From Bermanella sp. 47_1433_sub80_T6 (GTDB taxonomy: Bacteria; Pseudomonadota; Gammaproteobacteria; Pseudomonadales; Oceanobacteraceae): 64,000 bases of DNA. A model generated the notes under the pieces. The model searched no databases. It saw only the letters and a list, made by a program, of their open reading frames with translations, and was not told the origin of the DNA. This document shows, one piece after another, positions 30,672 through 41,473 of the stretch. Made by a program: the position numbers and the translations under genes. The stretch spans positions 637 to 64,636 of the forward strand of contig MAAD01000043.1 in NCBI GenBank assembly GCA_002162985.1, given 5' to 3'. Numbering within the stretch: position 1 is the stretch's first letter; every line of letters starts with the position of its first letter.

Positions 30672-31550
30672 ATGTTAACAAAAATATTCACGGTGATATT
30701 GTTAATTTGTTCTAGCGTGTCGATCTGGGCTCTCGAGCCCATCAACGGTAGTTATCAAAAACATTATAGTAATGAACGCAAACAAAACCATTGGCTGATT
30801 TTAGGGGCAATAGAGCGTATCAAGGGCGCGGTTAAGCCGGAGTCCGAACTCAGGGTTGATGCAAAAGTACGCAGTTGGTTGTGGCAGATTCCAGTGGGTT
30901 TAAGTAGTGAACAGGCCTTTGTGCAAATTAAATCGCAGGTGGAACAGGATGCCAGTGTGTTATTTGAATGCGAGGGGCGCAGTTGTGGCTTAAGTAACGA
31001 TTATGCTAATCAGGTATTTCAGCAAGCCATTCTTTATGGTCGCGACAGTGATCAATATTACTGGTTGGGGTTGAAACAGGGCAAAGCAGATAACCAAAAA
31101 AAGACACTCTGGTTGGTTTACAGTATTCAGCGCAGCAATAAAAGAGTGTACGTGTATGTGGAGAAAATTGATTTACCGTCTTCCCAGGCTGGACGATTTG
31201 ATGAGTATGTTAAAAAAGGAGATCAGCAAACGTTAATTAAGCAGGGTTACCTTACTGTGGCTCAGCTACCCACAGAGCAAGCCAGTTTAAGCCTGGATCA
31301 AATAGAATGGCTGAAACAAGTATTGCACGATAACCCAAATAAAAAGTTTGCTTTGGTGGTGCACCGTTATGGCGGGCAAGATCAGCAAGCACTGGTTGAA
31401 GGCAGTGCGCTACAGGCACAGGGTTTGCTGGACCAGTTGGCTCAGGCTGGCGCCTTTATTAAGAATGTATACTCCCATGGCGCCGGTGCCATGTTGCCTC
31501 GTCCAGGTGGGGTTGATCGCATTGAATTGGTGATGCTGGATGCGCCCTAG
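30672..31550 (+). CDS. DUF4892-domain secreted protein
   Basis: Signal peptide; LFECEGRSCGLSNDYAN..LYG..Q; degenerate OmpA-like C-terminus. Confidence 0.8.
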   Translation: MLTKIFTVILLICSSVSIWALEPINGSYQKHYSNERKQNHWLILGAIERIKGAVKPESELRVDAKVRSWLWQIPVGLSSEQAFVQIKSQVEQDASVLFECEGRSCGLSNDYANQVFQQAILYGRDSDQYYWLGLKQGKADNQKKTLWLVYSIQRSNKRVYVYVEKIDLPSSQAGRFDEYVKKGDQQTLIKQGYLTVAQLPTEQASLSLDQIEWLKQVLHDNPNKKFALVVHRYGGQDQQALVEGSALQAQGLLDQLAQAGAFIKNVYSHGAGAMLPRPGGVDRIELVMLDAP

Positions 31551-31627
31551 ATAGCGCCAAGGTTAAGTTGTGGTGGTTTGCATCGTATTTAAATGAGATT
31601 AAAGATTATTAAATGGTTGTCCAATAA

Positions 31628-32554
31628 ATGAAGACTATCTCCCTGGTGTTGGGCAGTGGTGGGGCTCGTGGTTACGCCCACGTGGGAGTGATACGAGCAC
31701 TGGAAGAAAGAGGTTATGAGATAAAGGGCATTGCCGGTTGTTCCATGGGGGCCTTAATTGGTGGCTTTTATGCTGCGGGTAAGTTAGATGACTTTGAAGA
31801 ATGGGTATCCACTCTTAGTTATCTGGATGTGCTAAAGCTGGTGGATTTAAGCTTGCTATCCAGTGGCGCCATACGGGGTGATAAAATATTTGCCTTACTC
31901 AGTGAAATGCTGGGCAGCGTAAAAATCGAGCAGTTAAAAATTCCTTATACGGCGGTGGCCACAGATTTAACCAATCAGAAAGAGGTGTGGTTTAATTCAG
32001 GGCCTTTGGAGCAGGCTATACGCGCCTCATGTTCTATTCCTTCTGTGGTGCGTCCGGTAGTCATGGGGAATCGGTTACTGGTGGACGGAGGGGTGCTGAA
32101 CCCGTTGCCCATTGCTGCCAGCATTGCAGTGCATGCCGACCATATCTTTGCGGTGGACTTGAGTGCGGAAGTGCCCATGCCAGAGGGGTCACTCAAAGAA
32201 ACCCAGGCCATGAAGATGAGTCATGAGCAAGAAAAGGAGGGTTGGTTTGCCCAGGTTCGTAATAAAGCCATGTCATTTTTAGATCGTGAGCCCGCCCAGG
32301 CCCAGGCGGAGCTGGATGCCAATTTGAGCAAGCTAGGTGTCATGTACCAGATGTTCGATACCATGCAAGCGTCCTTAACCCAGTACAAGATCGCAGGGTA
32401 TCGGCCTGACTTGCTGATTCGTATTCCTAAAAACTCGGTGAGCATCTTCGAGTTTTATCGAGCAGAAGCCCAGATTCAATTGGGCTACGATATTGCATTG
32501 CAAGCCATCAAGGCCTTTGAAAAAGGTGAGGCCAATACCTACGGGCAGCTTTAA
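31628..32554 (+). CDS. Patatin-like phospholipase (RssA-like)
   Basis: LGSGGARG, GCSMG, DGG. Confidence 0.92.
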   Translation: MKTISLVLGSGGARGYAHVGVIRALEERGYEIKGIAGCSMGALIGGFYAAGKLDDFEEWVSTLSYLDVLKLVDLSLLSSGAIRGDKIFALLSEMLGSVKIEQLKIPYTAVATDLTNQKEVWFNSGPLEQAIRASCSIPSVVRPVVMGNRLLVDGGVLNPLPIAASIAVHADHIFAVDLSAEVPMPEGSLKETQAMKMSHEQEKEGWFAQVRNKAMSFLDREPAQAQAELDANLSKLGVMYQMFDTMQASLTQYKIAGYRPDLLIRIPKNSVSIFEFYRAEAQIQLGYDIALQAIKAFEKGEANTYGQL

Positions 32555-32617
32555 TTGCTACCTGAGTGGCTATTCAATCGTGTAAAATGATTGTTCACTC
32601 CATAAACGAGCAGTCTC

Positions 32618-33538
32618 TTGAGTACCCCATACACACAAGCCGTCAAACAATTACACACTATTCTTGATTGGATCCGCTTCGGCGCCAGCGAATTTGAGCG
32701 CAACCAGTTGTATTTTGGACATGGCACTGACAATGCTTGGGATGAAGCGGTGTTACTGGTCACCGCCAGTTTGCAGCTGCCGTTTGATTTGGCACCTGAG
32801 CGTGCCCAATGTCGCTTGATAGACGATGAGCGTCTGCTCATCGCCCAGCGCATTGAGCAAAGAGTTAATCAACGTATTCCGGTGGCCTACCTCATTAACC
32901 AGGCGCATTTTTTTGGTTTGCCTTTCTACGTAGACGAAAGAGTGCTAGTGCCCCGTTCACCCATCGCCGAGGTGCTAAAAAATAGAGTGGCTCCCTGGAT
33001 GGAGGGTAGGGAGCCGGCTCGTATTCTTGATTTGTGCTGCGGTAGCGGCTGCATTGGTATTGCGTCGTTAAAGGTCTTTCCGGATGCACAGTTGGATTTA
33101 GCCGATTTGTCGCTGGATGCGTTAGATGTAGCGGATATTAATATTCAAAACTATGGATTGTATGAGCAGGTAGCGGCCATCCAGTCTGACTTGTTTGCTA
33201 ACCTGCAGGGCCCCTATGATTTAATATTATCCAATCCTCCCTACGTCGATTTGGAGGATTTATCCGACATGCCGGATGAGTACCATCACGAGCCGGCCAT
33301 GGGTCTGGGTAGTGGTGATGATGGTCTCGACATCACTCGCCAAATATTGGCCAATGCCACGGATTATTTATCAAAGGACGGTGTCTTGGTAGTGGAGGTG
33401 GGTAATTCCTGGGTAAACCTTGAAGCTGCTTATCCTCAAGTGCCGTTTCACTGGCTTAAATTTGAGCACGGCGGTGACGGGGTATTTGTATTTACCCGTG
33501 AACAACTTCAGGCGCATCAACATCACTTCCGTGTATAA
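32618..33538 (+). CDS. prmB: Ribosomal protein L3 N5-glutamine methyltransferase
   Basis: FGHGTDNAWDEA, RVLVPRSPIAE, SNPPY, VEVGNS. Confidence 0.95.
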   Translation: MSTPYTQAVKQLHTILDWIRFGASEFERNQLYFGHGTDNAWDEAVLLVTASLQLPFDLAPERAQCRLIDDERLLIAQRIEQRVNQRIPVAYLINQAHFFGLPFYVDERVLVPRSPIAEVLKNRVAPWMEGREPARILDLCCGSGCIGIASLKVFPDAQLDLADLSLDALDVADINIQNYGLYEQVAAIQSDLFANLQGPYDLILSNPPYVDLEDLSDMPDEYHHEPAMGLGSGDDGLDITRQILANATDYLSKDGVLVVEVGNSWVNLEAAYPQVPFHWLKFEHGGDGVFVFTREQLQAHQHHFRV

Positions 33539-33574
33539 TGCGCTCCATTAAAATTTTCAATAAGCAGTCAGCAC

Positions 33575-34678
33575 ATGTCAGGTAACTCATACGGTAAATT
33601 ATTTAGTGTTAGCACCTTTGGTGAAAGCCACGGTAAAGCCCTGGGTTGCATCGTCGATGGCTGCCCTCCTGGTATAGAAATCTCGGAGGAAGAGATTCAG
33701 GTGGAGCTGGATTTACGCAAGCCAGGCACGTCCAAATTCACCACCCAGCGTCGTGAACCGGATCAGGTGCAGATTTTATCCGGTGTATTTGAAGGTAAAA
33801 CCACGGGTACGCCCATCGGCATGCTTATCGAGAATACCGATCAGCGCTCTAAAGATTATGGTGATATTGCCCAGAAGTTTCGCCCAGCCCATGCCGATTA
33901 TGGTTATACCCAGAAATACGGTTTTCGGGACTACCGTGGCGGCGGTCGAGCCAGTGCCCGTGAAACCGCCATGCGAGTGGCGGCCGGGGCCATTGCCAAG
34001 AAATTTTTGGCCAGCAAAGGCATCACCGTCAGAGGTTACTTGTCGCAACTGGGCCCCATTAAGGTAGAAAAGCTCGATTGGAATCAGGTTAAGCAAAACC
34101 CGTTCTTTTGCCCTGATGTGGACAAAGTGCCCGAGATGGAAAGCTACATGAATGCCTTGCGTAAAGAAGGGGATTCCATCGGTGCTAAAATTACCGTAGT
34201 GGCCAGCGGCTTAATACCTGGCTTGGGTGAACCAGTATTTGATCGTCTGGATGCAGAGTTGGCCCATGCCCTCATGAGCATCAATGCCGTGAAAGGGGTT
34301 GAAGTGGGGGATGGCTTTGATGTGATTGAGCATAAAGGCTCGCAACACAGAGATGAAATCACCCCTGAAGGCTTTTTGAGCAACCATGCTGGCGGCGTGG
34401 CTGGTGGCATCAGTACCGGGCAGGATATTATTGCCCATATTGCCTTAAAACCCACCTCCAGTATCACAGTGCCGGGCAAGACTGTGGACGTTGATGGTAA
34501 TGCCACAGATCTGATTACCAAAGGGCGTCACGACCCCTGTGTAGGCATTCGTGCCACACCCATCGCCGAAGCCATGATGGCATTGGTATTAGCAGATCAT
34601 TACTTGCGTCACCGCGGGCAAAATGCCGATGTGAATTGCACTACTCCGGTCATTCCCGCCCAGGCGCCTAATTCCTAG
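33575..34678 (+). CDS. aroC: Chorismate synthase
   Basis: [32 protein letters not shown]. Confidence 0.97.
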   Translation: MSGNSYGKLFSVSTFGESHGKALGCIVDGCPPGIEISEEEIQVELDLRKPGTSKFTTQRREPDQVQILSGVFEGKTTGTPIGMLIENTDQRSKDYGDIAQKFRPAHADYGYTQKYGFRDYRGGGRASARETAMRVAAGAIAKKFLASKGITVRGYLSQLGPIKVEKLDWNQVKQNPFFCPDVDKVPEMESYMNALRKEGDSIGAKITVVASGLIPGLGEPVFDRLDAELAHALMSINAVKGVEVGDGFDVIEHKGSQHRDEITPEGFLSNHAGGVAGGISTGQDIIAHIALKPTSSITVPGKTVDVDGNATDLITKGRHDPCVGIRATPIAEAMMALVLADHYLRHRGQNADVNCTTPVIPAQAPNS

Positions 34679-34718
34679 GCTGCTGTCATGATGGTTGTTC
34701 CTGCAGAGGCTGCATCTT

Positions 34719-35867
34719 ATGTCCTCTAATATTATAAAGGTGCCTTATTGGCGCCTTTCTTCGTTCTACTTTTTCTATTTTGCCCTGCTGGGGTGTATTG
34801 CCCCGTTCTGGGCGTTGTTCTTATCTGATCGCGGGTTTACGCCTCTGGAAATTGGCGAGCTCATGGGCCTGTTTGGCTTAGTGCGCATGATTGCGCCCAA
34901 TGTGTGGGGGGCGCTGGGAGATTACACCGGTAAGCGCATGCCCTTGTTGCGAATTGGCTGTGGCGTTTGTTTTGTGGTGTTCAGTAATATTTATTGGGTA
35001 GACGATTTCTTTTCCATGGCCTGCATCATGGTGGGTTATGGCTTCTTTTGGGCGGCGGTGTTGCCACAATTTGAAGTGGTGACTCTTAATTATCTAAGGG
35101 ATCGCACCGACGATTATTCAAAAATTAGAATTTGGGGCTCCATCGGTTTTGTGGTGGTGGTATTGCTGTTGGGTTGGGTGTTTGACTATCTATCGGTAAG
35201 TTACCTGCCGGCGTTTATGTTGGCCATGTTGTTGGCGATCTTTATCTGCAGTCTTTGTGTGCGCGGTATCGATCAGATGAAACATGGAGAGGAATCAGAG
35301 GGATTTCTGGTGCTGTTATGGCGCCCGCAGGTATTGGCATTTTTAGTGGCAGCCTTCTTAATTCAATTTAGTCACGGTGCTTATTACACCTTTTTTAGCC
35401 TGTTTTTAGAGGCGCAAGGTTACAGCAAGACCATGATAGGGTTTTTGTGGGCGCTGGGGGTCATGGCTGAAGTGCTGGTGTTTTTGGTGGTGCACAAGTT
35501 GTTTAAACATGTGGGTTACAAGTCGGTGCTGATTGCCAGTTTGTTCCTAGCGGCCCTGCGCTGGTACTTTACTGCCCACTTCTCTGATGTGTTATGGATG
35601 TTAATGCTGTTGCAGCTTACCCATGCGGCTACATTTGGCACGATGCACGCGGTGTCTATGCATTATGTTCACAAGTATTTTAATGGGCCCCATCAAGGGC
35701 AGGGGCAGGCCTTTTTTGCCAGTTTTACCTATGGGGCTGGCGGCGCCCTGGGGACCTATATCTCGGGTTTGGTTTGGCAGCAAGATCTAGGTGTCACTAT
35801 GTTTGAACTGGCTGGCTTGAGTGCGTTGGTGGGAATGGTGATTGCGTTAATTTGGGTGAAGAAATAG
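34719..35867 (+). CDS. MFS transporter (HcaT/MFS_1-like)
   Basis: PYWRLSSFYFFYF, YSKIRIWGSIGF, 12 TM; follows aroC as in Pseudomonas. Confidence 0.9.
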   Translation: MSSNIIKVPYWRLSSFYFFYFALLGCIAPFWALFLSDRGFTPLEIGELMGLFGLVRMIAPNVWGALGDYTGKRMPLLRIGCGVCFVVFSNIYWVDDFFSMACIMVGYGFFWAAVLPQFEVVTLNYLRDRTDDYSKIRIWGSIGFVVVVLLLGWVFDYLSVSYLPAFMLAMLLAIFICSLCVRGIDQMKHGEESEGFLVLLWRPQVLAFLVAAFLIQFSHGAYYTFFSLFLEAQGYSKTMIGFLWALGVMAEVLVFLVVHKLFKHVGYKSVLIASLFLAALRWYFTAHFSDVLWMLMLLQLTHAATFGTMHAVSMHYVHKYFNGPHQGQGQAFFASFTYGAGGALGTYISGLVWQQDLGVTMFELAGLSALVGMVIALIWVKK

Positions 35868-35882
35868 GGTTGGGGTAGGAGG

Positions 35883-35908
35883 AAAAGGGCTTTTAAGCAG
35901 CCCTTTTT
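35883..35908. terminator. Bidirectional terminator
   Basis: AAAAGGGCT-TTTAAGC-AGCCCTTTTT. Confidence 0.8.
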
Positions 35909-35921
35909 GTTCAGCTATGGC

Positions 35922-36779
35922 CTACTTGTCGTGAAAGGTTTCGCACGCGTATAGGGTGTTTTCCATCAAGGTGGCCACTGTCATGGGGCCCACACCACCG
36001 GGTACCGGCGTAATGAAACTGGCCCGCTCATTGGCGGCGGCAAAATCTACATCCCCCACAAGTTTGCCGTTATCCAGGCGGTTCATAGCCACGTCCACTA
36101 CCACGGCCCCAGGTTTAACCCATTCACCTTTTACTATGCCGGTTTTGCCTATGGCCACGACTAGCAGGTCGGCACGCTCAACATGAGACTGTAAGTCCTG
36201 GGTAAAGCGGTGGCAGACGGTGGTAGTGCAGCCGGCCAGCAATAGCTCCATGGCCATGGGGCGGCCCACGATGTTAGAAGCGCCCACAATCACAGCATGC
36301 ATGCCCTTAATCTTAATGTCGCAGCTTTCCAGCATGGTAATAATGCCAGCGGGCGTGCAGGGGCGCAGGGCAGGCATACGCTGTACCAAGCGGCCCACGT
36401 TGTAGGGGTGAAAGCCATCCACGTCTTTATCGGGTTTGATACGCTCTAGAATTTGAGTGCTATCCAATTGCTCGGGCAAGGGCAGCTGTACCAGGATGCC
36501 ATCAATGGCGTCGTCTTCATTAAGTTGGTCGATTAAATCCAGCAGGGTGGTTTGGTCTGTGGTGGCCGGCAGGTCGTAGGCGGCGGACTTGATACCTATA
36601 TTTTCACAAGCCTGGCGTTTTTTACCCACATATATTTGAGAGGCGGCGTCGCTGCCCACCTGAATAACGGCCAATCCGGGAGCGCGTTTGCCATTTTTAG
36701 TGCGCTCGCTGATCTTTATGGCGACGTTTTCACGAATTGTGGCGCTGATGGCGTTTCCATCTATGCGTTGGGCACTCAT
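35922..36779 (-). CDS. folD: Methylenetetrahydrofolate dehydrogenase/cyclohydrolase (start reassigned)
   Basis: [39 protein letters not shown]. Confidence 0.96.
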   Translation of the reverse strand: MSAQRIDGNAISATIRENVAIKISERTKNGKRAPGLAVIQVGSDAASQIYVGKKRQACENIGIKSAAYDLPATTDQTTLLDLIDQLNEDDAIDGILVQLPLPEQLDSTQILERIKPDKDVDGFHPYNVGRLVQRMPALRPCTPAGIITMLESCDIKIKGMHAVIVGASNIVGRPMAMELLLAGCTTTVCHRFTQDLQSHVERADLLVVAIGKTGIVKGEWVKPGAVVVDVAMNRLDNGKLVGDVDFAAANERASFITPVPGGVGPMTVATLMENTLYACETFHDK

Positions 36780-36896
36780 GGCAATCCTAGGGTTAAACTG
36801 ATTTTGCGGCGATTTTCTCATGCTTTGTGAACAATACAAAGTAAAGTCTAAAAATCATGGAACTGCTTGTTTTTACAAATAAAATTCAAAAAATGG

Positions 36897-36932
36897 TTGA
36901 CGATTTAGGGCGCCAACCGTAATATGCGCCCC
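36897..36932 (+). promoter_or_regulatory. Sigma70 stable-RNA promoter
   Basis: TTGACG-17 bp-TAATAT plus GCGCCCC discriminator. Confidence 0.8.
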
Positions 36933-37015
36933 ACTTGATAGGCACTACACATCAAGTGACAACCAAGTGGTTGTAAATCTTTTAATCTAACCGCAAGGTA
37001 AGTTTAAAAGGTGAA

Positions 37016-37092
37016 GCGCCCGTAGCTCAATCGGATAGAGCATCGGCCTTCTAAGCCGAGGGTTACAGGTTCGATTCCTGTCGGGCGTACCA
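37016..37092 (+). tRNA. tRNA-Arg(TCT)
   Basis: Anticodon arm TCGGC-CTTCTAA-GCCGA, CCA. Confidence 0.96.
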
Positions 37093-37121
37093 ACTCTTGG
37101 TGTAATATAGTAGTAATAGTG

Positions 37122-37197
37122 GTGGCCGTAGCTCAGTCGGTAGAGCACAGGATTGTGATTCCTGTGGTCGCGGGTTCGATCCCCGTCGGCCACCCCA
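37122..37197 (+). tRNA. tRNA-His(GTG)
   Basis: CAGGA-TTGTGAT-TCCTG; encoded G-1 at 37121; CCA. Confidence 0.96.
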
Positions 37198-37262
37198 TTT
37201 CTTTTTTTAAAGAGCCAAATTAGAGAATATTTTGTAAGCGCAAGTCTTGCAAATCTCAATAA

Positions 37263-37347
37263 GCGGATGTGGTGAAATTGGTATACACGCTAGATTTAGG
37301 TTCTAGTGCCGCGAGGCGTGAGAGTTCGAGTCTCTCCATCCGCACCA
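37263..37347 (+). tRNA. tRNA-Leu(TAG)
   Basis: CTAGA-TTTAGGT-TCTAG, long variable arm, CCA. Confidence 0.96.
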
Positions 37348-37387
37348 ATTCTTATTGTGAGCTTCTCTAAAAAAATCCATGTTTTAT

Positions 37388-37472
37388 GCGGATGTGGTGA
37401 AATTGGTATACACGCTAGATTTAGGTTCTAGTGTCGCAAGACGTGAGAGTTCGAGTCTCTCCATCCGCACCA
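37388..37472 (+). tRNA. tRNA-Leu(TAG), second copy
   Basis: As above with three variable-arm substitutions. Confidence 0.96.
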
Positions 37473-37573
37473 TATGGTTTGTCTCTTCTAGCGTTAACCC
37501 TCCCTATTGAAAGTTCTATTTTTAAAAAACCTATCCAGCTAAAATTGCTATTTATTCTTTGTTATTATATCCG

Positions 37574-38908
37574 TTAAGTGTGTTTGAGATGGTCGATTTT
37601 GTTTTCGGACGAGCCCACTTTATCCAGCCCGATGGGGAAGCTTAATTCAAACAGGGAGCCTTTATTTGGTGTGCTATGGCAGTCAATGGTTCCGCCTAAG
37701 TTTTGTGTCACCTGGTTGTACAGTATATGCAATCCCAAGCCCAGGTGACCCGAGTGCCGACAGGTGGTAAAGAAAGGTTCAAAAATATTTCCTAAGGTAT
37801 CTGAGTCCATTCCTTTGCCATCATCGCGATAACTCACTTTTACGTTTTGGTCCTCATAACGTATCTCAATTTGTATGTAACCGTGATCATCGAAGGCGTG
37901 ATCCTGGGAGTTAATGAGCAGGTGGGTGAATATCTGTGAAATAATGCCGGGGTAACTTTCTATGACTAACTTTTCAGCACCCTTGATGTCAATTTGGTTG
38001 CTGGCTTTTACCATGTCCGGTTGTAAGTTAGCCAGCACCAGGTGGATGTATTCATTTAAGTTAAATTCACGTAACTCTTCGTTGCTTATGTCCACGGCAA
38101 CCTGTTTGAAGCTGTCTATCAGGTGCGAAGCCTGGCTGGTGGCTTTCAATATAATTTTGGCTGCGTTGGCTGTGGACTCAATAAAATTTTCAAGATCTTT
38201 TTTTACTAATGTATTCTGTTTATATAGATTGTGAATTTTTATGGATTCTTCCTGCAGGTAGGATGCAGACGTAACACAGTTGCCTATGGGTGTGTTTATT
38301 TCATGGGCGACGCCGGCTACCATGCCCCCCAGCGAGGCCATTTTTTCAGACTCTACTAATTCCTTGGTGCGTTGTAATACCCGCTCTTCCAATTCCTGAT
38401 TGAGTTCTTTTAATTCGTCGGCCAGCTTTTCTTTCTCATGAATCAGTTCGTTGAGCTGTTGGTTGTTTTTCACAAGCAATTTATGCTGGTGTTTCAGTTG
38501 TGATTCTTGGCGATAGCTGTGAATGGCTTCGTTCACGGTGGCTTGTAAAAATTGCTTGTCCCATGGTTTATCGATGAAGCGAAACAGGCGAATACTATTG
38601 ATGGTTTGAACAAGGCCTTCGTTGTTGGTACGGCCAGACAACATGACTTTTTCGGTCATGGGTGAAAGATCGTGTATGCGTGTTAGTAGCTGTTGGCCAT
38701 TCATGCGCGGCATTACAAAGTCGCTAATGACCAGCTCTACGGTGCCGTTATTTTTTTGAATATCCTTCAGTAAGTCAATGGCTTCCTCGCCGCTCTCTGC
38801 CATTTCGATGGAGTAAGTGTTCTGTAATATTTCCTTGAGCTCTGCCTTTAGGCTCTTGAGAACGATGGGTTCGTCGTCGACACAAATAATCGTGGGCTTC
38901 ATAAGCAT
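37574..38908 (-). CDS. REC-coiled coil-histidine kinase (start reassigned)
   Basis: IICVDDE, ISDFVMP, DKPW; SEKMASLGGMVAGVAHEINTP; FEPFFTT, GLGL. Confidence 0.9.
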   Translation of the reverse strand: MLMKPTIICVDDEPIVLKSLKAELKEILQNTYSIEMAESGEEAIDLLKDIQKNNGTVELVISDFVMPRMNGQQLLTRIHDLSPMTEKVMLSGRTNNEGLVQTINSIRLFRFIDKPWDKQFLQATVNEAIHSYRQESQLKHQHKLLVKNNQQLNELIHEKEKLADELKELNQELEERVLQRTKELVESEKMASLGGMVAGVAHEINTPIGNCVTSASYLQEESIKIHNLYKQNTLVKKDLENFIESTANAAKIILKATSQASHLIDSFKQVAVDISNEELREFNLNEYIHLVLANLQPDMVKASNQIDIKGAEKLVIESYPGIISQIFTHLLINSQDHAFDDHGYIQIEIRYEDQNVKVSYRDDGKGMDSDTLGNIFEPFFTTCRHSGHLGLGLHILYNQVTQNLGGTIDCHSTPNKGSLFELSFPIGLDKVGSSENKIDHLKHT

Positions 38909-38915
38909 TGGCCGG

Positions 38916-39308
38916 TTAGGGCTTGTCCATGGCTGATTTAACGGCGACAATTAACTGCTCCTCGGTCCAGGGTTTGCTCATGCATTGTTTGATGGGAATT
39001 TGTTGCAGGGTCTTTTGCAACGTTGCCTCATCAGCGTGGCCGGTGAGTATGATCAGGCCGGTATCTGGAAAGCGCTGGTATACCTTTTCTAAAAACTCAC
39101 CACCATTCATACCGGGCATCATCCAGTCCGACACGATCACCACGATTTTAGTTCCTTGCTGGGTGAGTTCTTCTATTACATCCAGTCCTTCCTCACCGTC
39201 CTGTGCCATTTCATAAGCCATGGTGCTGCCAAAGTGATCCTTTAGCTGGTGTTTTAGCACCTCCAATATTATAGGCTCATCATCCACGCACAGTATCGCT
39301 GGCTTCAC
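38916..39308 (-). CDS. Single-domain response regulator (GTG start)
   Basis: ILCVDDE, VSDWMMP, LTG, SKPW; GAGG RBS before GTG 39308. Confidence 0.9.
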   Translation of the reverse strand: MKPAILCVDDEPIILEVLKHQLKDHFGSTMAYEMAQDGEEGLDVIEELTQQGTKIVVIVSDWMMPGMNGGEFLEKVYQRFPDTGLIILTGHADEATLQKTLQQIPIKQCMSKPWTEEQLIVAVKSAMDKP

Positions 39309-39349
39309 AGTTTTGCCTCTGTTGATAGTTGTCTTGCCGTCATGAATTA

Positions 39350-41473
39350 CTAGCTTCCCTGGCTTACCGGCAGTTTTACGGTAAATAGGGTGCATCCAGG
39401 CTCGCTGGTGAAAGACAGTTTCCCTTGGTGTCTCTCTATAATTTTACGAGAGATGTCCAGCCCAATGCCAGTGCCTTCCCCTGACGCCTTGGTAGTGAAG
39501 AAGGCTTCAAATACTCTTGGCTGTACGTCTTCAGGAATGCCTGGGCCATCGTCTTCAAATTCAATGTATGCCGATTGTCCGCTTTGTGTCACACGTATTT
39601 CAAGCTGGCCCTTATTTTCCATGGCTTGCAATGCATTATGTATAATATTAGTCCATACCTGACTCAGCTCCTCGGTGCAGCCCAAAATATTAGGGTTTTG
39701 GATATACTTTAGGGTTACATCAACACCGTGTTTTATTTGGTTATGGTATAGCGTTAACACAGTGTCGATGCCGGCTTTAATATCCACTCGACTAAATTGT
39801 TTCGATTGATCCGAATGAGAGTAAGTTTTCAGTGCCAGTACCACCTTGGATGCCTTGTGAGTGGCAATATTGATGATGCGCGCATTGCGTTCGATGCGTG
39901 AAAGTTTATAGGCAAATTGCAATATAGAATCACTGTTGGCATGTAACAGCAGTGGCATCCAGGGCTCCACATGCTGGTAAATTTTCATGTCGACTAAAAT
40001 ATCTGCCAGCTCTTCGGCCCGATCAGGCAGTCTGGATGCCAGTTCTTCAGAGATGGCTCTGCGGCAGGCACGCTCTTCTCGTGAGCTAAAATTGTCGGTG
40101 TTTTTCAATGAGCACTCAATCATGCTGATGAACAGTTGGCGCAGGTCTCCCTCAAGCTGGTCAAAAAAATGCGGCAAGGATGCCAGGGTAAAATTCAAAT
40201 CATCCAAAATGGTATTGGATGATGACTGGATAGCCCCCAACGGGGTGTTTACCTCGTGAGCCACGCTGGCCACCAATTGTCCCAATGCGGCCATCTTCTC
40301 GCTGAGAATCAGTTGATCCTGGGTGCGCTTGAGGGTATCCATGGTTTCCTGAAGTTCATTATTTTTTTGTGCCAATTGAGCATTGGTTTTTTGCTTGAGT
40401 TGGAACTGGCGATACAAAGACATAATCAGCAAGCTGATGGTGGCCAAAGTGATGGCTGCGCCCCACAGCAGTTGCTGCTGTCCTTCTATTTTTGACCCTT
40501 GTTGTTGCACAGTGCGGGATTGGGTGGTGATGAGTGTGTGCTGTTCATGCAATTGGGTATCCTGGTTCTTTATTTTGTTTTTTTGTTCATTGAGTATGTG
40601 CAGGTTCTTGGCGATGTTTTGTTCCAGGGAGTTTAAGGCCTGTTCTTTTTGCACTATTTTTAAGGTTTGCGCCGTTAGTTGGCTGTTCTTTTCCTGCAAT
40701 AAGTCTTCTTTTAACAGTAGTTTTTGCTCTTTATCGTGCAGGAGCGAATTCTTGTGTAATAGCTCTTGGCCGGCCTCTTGAATTTCCCGGTCTTGTAATA
40801 CTATTTTCTGCTGTTGTTGATTTATATTCAGTTGTTGATGAGCCATCTTTTGTTGTTGCTCTTCAAATTTATGTTTGCTCTTTTGTAGGGCCAATTCGGT
40901 TTCCTTGTAAATGGTGGCCACATCCATTTCGGTCCCCCCCAGTAACAAGATTTTTTTGGAGATGGTTAAACCTTCATAAATAATATTGCTGCGATTAATC
41001 TCGAAGGCGATGCGGCCTTTCTTGGGGTAATGAATATTAATCATCACCGCGCGCTTGGTGAAGGCGTCGTCACTGATAATTAAAATTCCTGTTTTAATAA
41101 GTTCAGATGCGATTCGCTGCAGATGAATGTTTTCGGACTTTGGTAAAACCAGTACTTGAATGCCCCTGGCTTGGTAAAGGGAGTTGAGTTTTTTAATTTC
41201 CAAACCCTTGCCGTGTATGGTGAATGTGTGGGCCACCGATTTAAACTCTCGGTAAAGTTCATCGTGCTCACCGTAAATGCCCAGAACATAGTTTGGGCCG
41301 ATACTGTCCTTGGGCCAATGAATGTACTTAATGATGTTATAGATGAGTGCTATCTTGGTTTGCAATGGGGTGTATTGCTGAGCATGAGAGAGAGGCAAGG
41401 GTAGGGTCAATAACAGAATGAACAGCATGAAAATCGGTTTAGCATACTGGGCGTGTTTGATTGACAACTTCAC
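39350..41473 (-). CDS. Sensor histidine kinase with YfiR/DUF4154-like domain and long coiled coil
   Basis: Signal peptide; ALIYNIIKYIHWP..IGIYG-like..FEIN..LTISKKIL (YfiR-like); Q/K/E heptads; one TM; VAHEVNTP; QVWTNIIHNA; GEGTGIGL. Confidence 0.88.
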   Translation of the reverse strand: MKLSIKHAQYAKPIFMLFILLLTLPLPLSHAQQYTPLQTKIALIYNIIKYIHWPKDSIGPNYVLGIYGEHDELYREFKSVAHTFTIHGKGLEIKKLNSLYQARGIQVLVLPKSENIHLQRIASELIKTGILIISDDAFTKRAVMINIHYPKKGRIAFEINRSNIIYEGLTISKKILLLGGTEMDVATIYKETELALQKSKHKFEEQQQKMAHQQLNINQQQQKIVLQDREIQEAGQELLHKNSLLHDKEQKLLLKEDLLQEKNSQLTAQTLKIVQKEQALNSLEQNIAKNLHILNEQKNKIKNQDTQLHEQHTLITTQSRTVQQQGSKIEGQQQLLWGAAITLATISLLIMSLYRQFQLKQKTNAQLAQKNNELQETMDTLKRTQDQLILSEKMAALGQLVASVAHEVNTPLGAIQSSSNTILDDLNFTLASLPHFFDQLEGDLRQLFISMIECSLKNTDNFSSREERACRRAISEELASRLPDRAEELADILVDMKIYQHVEPWMPLLLHANSDSILQFAYKLSRIERNARIINIATHKASKVVLALKTYSHSDQSKQFSRVDIKAGIDTVLTLYHNQIKHGVDVTLKYIQNPNILGCTEELSQVWTNIIHNALQAMENKGQLEIRVTQSGQSAYIEFEDDGPGIPEDVQPRVFEAFFTTKASGEGTGIGLDISRKIIERHQGKLSFTSEPGCTLFTVKLPVSQGS

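Noticed and set aside
36987-37259. 90-aa minus-strand ORF
   Set aside because: Antisense to tRNA-Arg and tRNA-His
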